IMG/VR virus record: IMGVR_UViG_3300014205_000175
Location: 128,001 to 192,000 of that record
Strand: one strand, 5' to 3'
Origin: a virus
Taxonomy: Duplodnaviria; Caudoviricetes
Length of the DNA: 64,000 bases
Every line of letters begins with the position of its first letter. The first letter of the stretch is position 1. The notes beneath the pieces were generated by a model. That model ran no database searches. It saw only the letters and a program-made list of their open reading frames with translations, and was not told where the DNA came from. Positions 58,375 through 64,000 of the stretch are shown piece after piece. The position numbers and the translations under genes were made by a program.

Positions 58375-59769
58375 ATGCAAGCTTACTTACAAGAGTCGCC
58401 ATTATGGGCAGATCTCGAAATTATTTTTAGCCGTGGTGGCGATGTGCCTGCTTTCATGTTCAAGGGCTATCTGCATACAGTAGACCATGACATCGAAGTG
58501 ATGAATATTGCCAGTATCGATTTTGCGCGTGATTACGTTAACAAAATCGGTGATGAGATCGTTATCAAATTTCATATCCCCTTTGGCGATTATATGTTGG
58601 ATGTTTATCCGCATCGTAACAATATGGAATTTACGCTGATTCGCACTACGCTTGTTGGTAATGGTTATCGTACCGATACCACGCAGATGCAACAGATCGA
58701 GCGTTATAAGGCAGTATTCATACCGGATGCCAATAACCACAGCAACTTGAGTTCATTTAACACCATCGATCGCTTCACGCTCAATAATCAAGCCCCGGTG
58801 GAATTATCAATGCAGCTCCTGAACCGTACGCTTGAACCATTGCGTATTAAGACTACACAGGGAGTATTTGGTAACGTGACTCGTGAGGATCTCATCCGCG
58901 GAATACTTGGAGGAGAAACAGCAAAAATATATGTCGATGGTAAACCCGGCATCGATGCATTTAACATCATCTCGCCTGACAATACCGAACATGTCAAGCA
59001 GATCATCTTCCCCAATAACACCCCAGTACTAGCCGTACCGACTTACATGCAAGAACGTCATACGGGTGTTTATACTGCCGGGATCGGTAACTATTTTCAA
59101 ACTTACAATGACAAACGTACATGGTTTGTTTATCCATTATTTGATACTCGGCGTTTTTCTGAACCAGTGCCAAAACTTATTGTCTATGCAGTACCAAGTC
59201 AGCAATATAGCGGTATGGATCGCACCTATCGTGTAAACGATACGACATTACATGTAGTCGGTACTGGCGGGCAAAAGTATCAGGATGACGGCGAAGCTTC
59301 CCAGATGCAGCAAGGCATAGGTTTTCGTCAAGCGAGTGCTGATGCGATGATGGATAAACCCGTCAAGATGACCAAAGAAGGTCCAATCGGCGTGCGTAAT
59401 AAAATCAACACCGAAGTATCGATGAAGTACCGTGATGACAATCTTAACTTTGCTGCCGTGTCATCGCGCGGTATTTCAGCTAACAACTTCGCTGAATATA
59501 GCCAACACCTTATTAACAATGGCGCACGCATTGACATCAGCTGGCATAACTCGGACCCCAGTCTGCTCTATCCTGGCATGCCTTGTAAGTATGTCTATAT
59601 GGATGATAGCGAAATGCAAGAAGTGTGCGGAGTATTGATCGCTAACCATACTTTGATTACTACCGGCAATAAGCAAACCGGTATAAAAATGACAGACACA
59701 AACTATAGTGTGAGCACGATGCTAACCTTATTCGTAGAGAAATTTAACGAGGTAAAAGATGCGGCTTAG
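58375..59769 (+). CDS. Virion structural protein (gp101-like, baseplate-hub candidate)
   Basis: RDYV, GVYTAGIG, WFVYPLF, WHNSDPSLLYPGMP. Confidence 0.7.
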   Translation: MQAYLQESPLWADLEIIFSRGGDVPAFMFKGYLHTVDHDIEVMNIASIDFARDYVNKIGDEIVIKFHIPFGDYMLDVYPHRNNMEFTLIRTTLVGNGYRTDTTQMQQIERYKAVFIPDANNHSNLSSFNTIDRFTLNNQAPVELSMQLLNRTLEPLRIKTTQGVFGNVTREDLIRGILGGETAKIYVDGKPGIDAFNIISPDNTEHVKQIIFPNNTPVLAVPTYMQERHTGVYTAGIGNYFQTYNDKRTWFVYPLFDTRRFSEPVPKLIVYAVPSQQYSGMDRTYRVNDTTLHVVGTGGQKYQDDGEASQMQQGIGFRQASADAMMDKPVKMTKEGPIGVRNKINTEVSMKYRDDNLNFAAVSSRGISANNFAEYSQHLINNGARIDISWHNSDPSLLYPGMPCKYVYMDDSEMQEVCGVLIANHTLITTGNKQTGIKMTDTNYSVSTMLTLFVEKFNEVKDAA

Positions 59770-59770
59770 G

Positions 59771-60154
59771 ATGATTAAGTGGTTTACACGACTACGCGTC
59801 AAGTTTCGTCTTTTATGCCGGGCACTAACGCTAGATGTAGATGAGGTTCTGCAAAAAGCTGAAGTGCCTCAGGTAAAGTATCGTGTTACCACGGATGACT
59901 CAGTATCATGGGAGCAAGATCCGACTGACCCAGATCCGAATGAGCTACGTTTTTATCGGCTCAAAGAGGATCTGGGAGCTTTCGAGATTCAACAGGTGGT
60001 ATATCGACGTGGCACGCAAGAAGCCATGGTCGTTATCCATAACCCTGCTCATGAAGCAACCTTCGCTTTATCCAAAAAGTGGTTCGAATATCTGTTCGAA
60101 CCCATCGTGTTACAACCTATAGTTATTCGTCATCAAGGAGATGCACATGACTAA
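59771..60154 (+). CDS. Hypothetical protein
   Basis: Co-oriented ORF. Confidence 0.55.
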   Translation: MIKWFTRLRVKFRLLCRALTLDVDEVLQKAEVPQVKYRVTTDDSVSWEQDPTDPDPNELRFYRLKEDLGAFEIQQVVYRRGTQEAMVVIHNPAHEATFALSKKWFEYLFEPIVLQPIVIRHQGDAHD

Positions 60155-60860
60155 GCAATGCGTTTATATCCGCCGTGAAGAATTCACCGAGCTGGTGCGT
60201 AAAGACGGCATCGAAAATCCGCACGAGAGTTTCGCCGTGATTCTTGCTGGTGATGCGGCTGCTGCTTTTAATCAACTGCCGATCTATATCGGTAATCCGC
60301 CGGTGCAAGGACAGCATGACCCAGCACTGCTGTGCGTGTTGCCGTTGGTCGTCACGTGCAACAACGATGCCCAAGTGCTCACACATATGCGCCACGTCGT
60401 CGGTGAAGCGGGTGAAGCCGATATCGTCTCGTGCGGCTTCGCTTCGTATCTGGACCAATGCCCGGCTCAAGCAACCGATCTGGTCGATTGCGTTACCGAC
60501 AGTGTTAACGCAGGTGCTCGCGTAGCCCTTGGTGCTGAGCTCAATGAAGAAACCATCGCCGGCATGAAGGCAGTGCGCCATCAGCAAGCCACGCTCGTGT
60601 ATTCTTCCCACTCACAGCTCGACGGTTACGTGGCGCTGGTGTATTTCCTCTGCATGGATGAGAAAGAACTACGGGAGATGCCGGGTACCCTCTCTCAAGG
60701 AGAGTTTCGCTACAATCACGAAGTGCTGGAAGAAACCGAACAAGGTAAGGTGCTGATGGAAGAATGGTCGTACTATGCGTTGAAGATTCTTCAGCAGCTC
60801 AATGAACAGCAAGCAGCGACTCAGCTTGGTGAGGCTACTGAAACGACCGCTACCGCGTGA
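60147..60860 (+). CDS. Hypothetical protein
   Basis: 237 aa, AGGAG RBS. Confidence 0.7.
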   Translation: MTKQCVYIRREEFTELVRKDGIENPHESFAVILAGDAAAAFNQLPIYIGNPPVQGQHDPALLCVLPLVVTCNNDAQVLTHMRHVVGEAGEADIVSCGFASYLDQCPAQATDLVDCVTDSVNAGARVALGAELNEETIAGMKAVRHQQATLVYSSHSQLDGYVALVYFLCMDEKELREMPGTLSQGEFRYNHEVLEETEQGKVLMEEWSYYALKILQQLNEQQAATQLGEATETTATA

Positions 60861-60919
60861 TAGAAGCTATCCCACCACAGTAACGGAGGTGGGATAGTTT
60901 AACAAAAGGGGTAGTTATA

Positions 60920-61117
60920 ATGAGCGAGCCTAAGATCACTCATTTTTGTTTGGGTAACGGGGCATTAAAGTGTGATGGATGCCTGCAGGAGAAAAACTGG
61001 CAGACGCTTAACCAGTTGCCCGAAGCATTACGACTAGCGCTACAGACGCAAGCATTACGTATCGATGATACTGCTTGTATATTGGCAGGGCGGCCTTGGT
61101 ATGTGGCTACACCATGA
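60920..61117 (+). CDS. Small Cys-containing protein
   Basis: HFC...CDGC...C. Confidence 0.55.
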   Translation: MSEPKITHFCLGNGALKCDGCLQEKNWQTLNQLPEALRLALQTQALRIDDTACILAGRPWYVATP

Positions 61118-61326
61118 TGCGCCCTACACCCACCGATGAAGAGCTGCGCGATGTCCGATTGCAGTACGTGAAACAGACAGCATACGATGCTATATGCCCG
61201 TCGATGAGCCGCGCCGAACGCAGGACTGCGAAAGGTCGGATGTTGCTGGCACAAGCAGAAGCTGCAGCACTGCGTGCAGAAGTCGAGTTTTTAAAGCAAG
61301 AACTAAACGATAGGGGTAATGCATGA
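61114..61326 (+). CDS. Hypothetical protein
   Basis: ATGA overlaps with both neighbours. Confidence 0.55.
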   Translation: MMRPTPTDEELRDVRLQYVKQTAYDAICPSMSRAERRTAKGRMLLAQAEAAALRAEVEFLKQELNDRGNA

Positions 61327-61634
61327 CCGATGAAGAAATCGAACAAGAACTGACGGTGAAAGGACTCAATGCACCACGGGTTTCACTAGCTGAGTTCGAA
61401 GCGAATATCGCCCACACGGAAATCGTAAAACACGTTTCGGTTTCCGGTCAAGTGTTACGCTGGGCGGTGCTTACAACTAAAAACGGCTACAGTCTAGCTG
61501 GCAGGCCATCGTGTTCTGCGTCTTCCGATAACGATAACCAAGAACTCGGCGAGTCGATTGCGATCGATAACGCTCGTAACGACCTGTGGCCATTGATGGG
61601 CTATGCGTTGAAAGAGCGAATCGCATTAGGTTAA
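61323..61634 (+). CDS. Phage Gp49/Sf6 gp66 family protein (Acb4-like nucleotide sponge candidate)
   Basis: APRVS...VLTTKNGY...SCSASSDN...GESIAIDNA...LWPLMGYALK. Confidence 0.8.
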   Translation: MTDEEIEQELTVKGLNAPRVSLAEFEANIAHTEIVKHVSVSGQVLRWAVLTTKNGYSLAGRPSCSASSDNDNQELGESIAIDNARNDLWPLMGYALKERIALG

Positions 61635-61743
61635 GATAATCGACCCACTGCACCGAACAACTAGCCCTACACGAGAGGTGGCTTTGTGCCACCTCTCGTA
61701 TCTCACGTAAATCGTCTGGATAGCTACAATAGGGGTAACGATT

Positions 61744-62181
61744 ATGACGTGGGAACAAAACATCGAGACAGTGGTACGGCTAATAGTCGAGGCCTATGTA
61801 CGGCATAGTAACGTGATGCGTTCGCCTAGTGATTATAGCTGGGAGTTAAAACCTCCCGGACTCAGCAGTGATTTCAGTCTTGATCTCAAAGCACGTAATG
61901 TCAATGACCAGCATCGACTACGCGCCTATGTAAAATTAACTCATAGCACCGGCATTAAGCCTTTTCGTCTCTATGAAAAAGCCAACTACGCTCGTGGTCC
62001 GCATGATGAAATCTACGTCACTGCAGTCAATCTCGACCAAGCAGTATTTTTTGACCTAGCTCTTTACATCCGTGGTCAGATTTTCGATACACCAATCACT
62101 GCTAGTCTCGTGAGTGAAGACGGAGTCACGCTGGTGTCAGAACACGGTTATCCGTTAGTAACTGAACTTTCTTTGAACTGA
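61744..62181 (+). CDS. Hypothetical protein
   Basis: 145 aa; C-terminal LVSEDGVTLVSE resembles fibre-attachment motifs. Confidence 0.55.
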   Translation: MTWEQNIETVVRLIVEAYVRHSNVMRSPSDYSWELKPPGLSSDFSLDLKARNVNDQHRLRAYVKLTHSTGIKPFRLYEKANYARGPHDEIYVTAVNLDQAVFFDLALYIRGQIFDTPITASLVSEDGVTLVSEHGYPLVTELSLN

Positions 62182-62191
62182 GGACAACAAC

Positions 62192-63700
62192 ATGAATCAA
62201 CCTATTCTTAAGATCTCGCAGTTTCCACGCATGGATGCCTTATTGGGTGACGAATGGGTCGTCATGATCGCCAATGAAAAAAATAAACTCATGCGAGTAT
62301 CGACCTTTATTAATGCGATTCCAAGTCTAGTTGTCACCGAACACTCACACCCGATCTCTAAGATTAGTGGTCTGACGGCAGCACTAGACAGTAAAGCATT
62401 AGTCGATCACACCCATCAGTTCACAGAAGTAGGTGGTCTAGAAACCATACTAGCAGCACTAGCATTGGCAGACCACACGCATCCTGCCGATGATATCGAA
62501 AATCTTGATCTCTATCTCAGTACTGCTGTAGCCGGTAAAGCCAATACAGCCCATAAGCACGGGGTTACGGATGTAACTAATCTTACCACCATGCTCGATG
62601 GTAAAGCTGATTCTAATCACCAGCATTATACTGGATCGATATTGGGTCTGAGTGAATTATTCGCCAATAAATCAGATGCGACACACACGCATGGTTTGGG
62701 TGATGTCAATGATCTTGATTTAGTACTGGCAGAAAAAGCAGAGGTAGTTCATACTCATACCTTAGCTGATGTTACCGGTGTTACTACCGCCCTAGCCACC
62801 AAAGCTGGGTTGCAGCATACTCACACGCAAAACAGTATCGCTAATCTCACAACCGATCTACAAAACATCAATCAAGCATTAGCTGGCAAGGCTGGTACGG
62901 ATCACACACATGCTTTTGTCGGTACTGTGGACAATATCGCAGGTTTGCCTGAGGCACTTAACAAAAAAGCCGGCGTCACTCACACCCACGCTATCTCACA
63001 AGTAACTGGACTGCAAACCGAGCTAGATACCTTAACTAGACTGTTGGGTGAGACGGCTGATGAAGAACATACGCATACCATTACTCAAGTGGCAGATCTA
63101 CAGCTCAATCTCGATAGCAAAGCCGGCATCGATCATACTCATGAATACTTAGCAACGATTGATAGTGTTGCTGGGCTGCGTGGTGCACTAGACAGTAAGG
63201 CGAGTCAATCCCACGCTCACGAAATCAGCAGTATCAATGGTCTTGGCGGTCAGTTAAATGTGATGTCAACCTCACTTAACAACTTAGGTGTTGCTCTCAC
63301 TAATAAAGCTGAGACAGGACATCAGCATGTTTTCGCCGATCTAGGCAACCCGGAAGCTTTTTTGACCTATATGCAGATCATGCTGCGGCCATTACCAGCA
63401 ATTAGTTCGGTGGCTAATGTCACGAGTACTGAGGCTGAAATTGCCTTTAACATTATCTCATCGGGATATTACTTCCTTACTGGGTTAGTGATCCGACTAG
63501 AATATCGCCGTGCTGGTGAGGAAGAATGGTCCTCAGCTACCGTCATCACTTTTAATGGCGTGACGCTTAGTTTTGGTTATATTTTGACTGGTCTCGCTCC
63601 AGCACAGAACTACGAGCTGCGGGTACGGCTTAACGATCGCTTTAACCCTGATCTTAATGAGTCTTCCAGCATCGTCGCTTTTGTCACTTTAGCTGCATAA
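62192..63700 (+). CDS. Tail/head fibre protein with HxH phage-tail repeats and a C-terminal FN3-like domain
   Basis: Many KAxxxHTHxIxxVxGL repeats; LEYRR...W...LTGLAPAQNYELRVR. Confidence 0.85.
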   Translation: MNQPILKISQFPRMDALLGDEWVVMIANEKNKLMRVSTFINAIPSLVVTEHSHPISKISGLTAALDSKALVDHTHQFTEVGGLETILAALALADHTHPADDIENLDLYLSTAVAGKANTAHKHGVTDVTNLTTMLDGKADSNHQHYTGSILGLSELFANKSDATHTHGLGDVNDLDLVLAEKAEVVHTHTLADVTGVTTALATKAGLQHTHTQNSIANLTTDLQNINQALAGKAGTDHTHAFVGTVDNIAGLPEALNKKAGVTHTHAISQVTGLQTELDTLTRLLGETADEEHTHTITQVADLQLNLDSKAGIDHTHEYLATIDSVAGLRGALDSKASQSHAHEISSINGLGGQLNVMSTSLNNLGVALTNKAETGHQHVFADLGNPEAFLTYMQIMLRPLPAISSVANVTSTEAEIAFNIISSGYYFLTGLVIRLEYRRAGEEEWSSATVITFNGVTLSFGYILTGLAPAQNYELRVRLNDRFNPDLNESSSIVAFVTLAA

Positions 63701-63725
63701 ACCCTACCGCAGAGGTAAGAACGCT

Positions 63726-64000
63726 ATGGCTGCTTATTCCGCCATTAGAAGTTCGATACAATCGGGCGATCTACTCGTCTGGTCACGAACTAAACTCAGA
63801 TCGTTAAACGATCTTAAACTCAAAGCCGTACAAATCATGACGCAATCCAGCTATGATCACGTTGGCATAGCATGGAATATCGGTAATCGCCTGATGGTAG
63901 TGGAAGCCCGTCCGCCAGAGATTCGCATTTACCCCCTCTCGCGCCTGACGCCATTTTACTATGTGCACATGGGTATTAAATGGCAAGATGAATATACCGA
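63726..64000 (+). CDS. YiiX/YebB-like permuted NlpC/P60 hydrolase; 3'-truncated by the window
   Basis: Not in the ORF track. Translates as MAAYSAIRSSIQSGDLLVWS...TQSSYDHVGIAW...VVEA and stays open to the window end. Confidence 0.75.
   Translation, partial: MAAYSAIRSSIQSGDLLVWSRTKLRSLNDLKLKAVQIMTQSSYDHVGIAWNIGNRLMVVEARPPEIRIYPLSRLTPFYYVHMGIKWQDEYT

Overview
This window comes from a phiKZ-like (Chimalliviridae-type, probably nucleus-forming) jumbo phage. It follows the core gene order I recall for phiKZ gp69-gp101: a probable PicA/Imp1 import protein, two non-virion RNAP subunits, an SF2 helicase, gp77-gp79-like genes, a virion RNAP beta' subunit, a family B DNA polymerase exonuclease part, and then head, inner-body, baseplate and neck genes. 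Several accessory islands interrupt this order, most of them behind a conserved 20-bp AT-rich promoter. The phiKZ gene numbers come from recalled synteny and motif similarity, not from a database search. Three self-splicing elements sit in catalytic motifs: a 408-nt ORF-less group I intron in the nvRNAP beta gene, an HNH (Ssp GyrB-like) intein in dCTP deaminase, and a Met-initiated class 3 (WCT) intein in the helicase P-loop. The strongest unexpected signal is a canonical -1 programmed ribosomal frameshift cassette (T TTT TTC, 8-nt spacer, perfect 10-bp stem). It would fuse the gp77-like gene to the poorly initiated ORF downstream, like a lambda G/GT tail-chaperone pair. Other points of interest are an early Hfq/Sm-like gene, a palindromic 16-nt translation leader shared by six accessory genes, a stand-alone DnaB P-loop fragment, and candidate anti-defence genes (Acb4/Gp49-like, NADAR-like, macro-like). 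I saw no tRNA, rRNA or CRISPR array.
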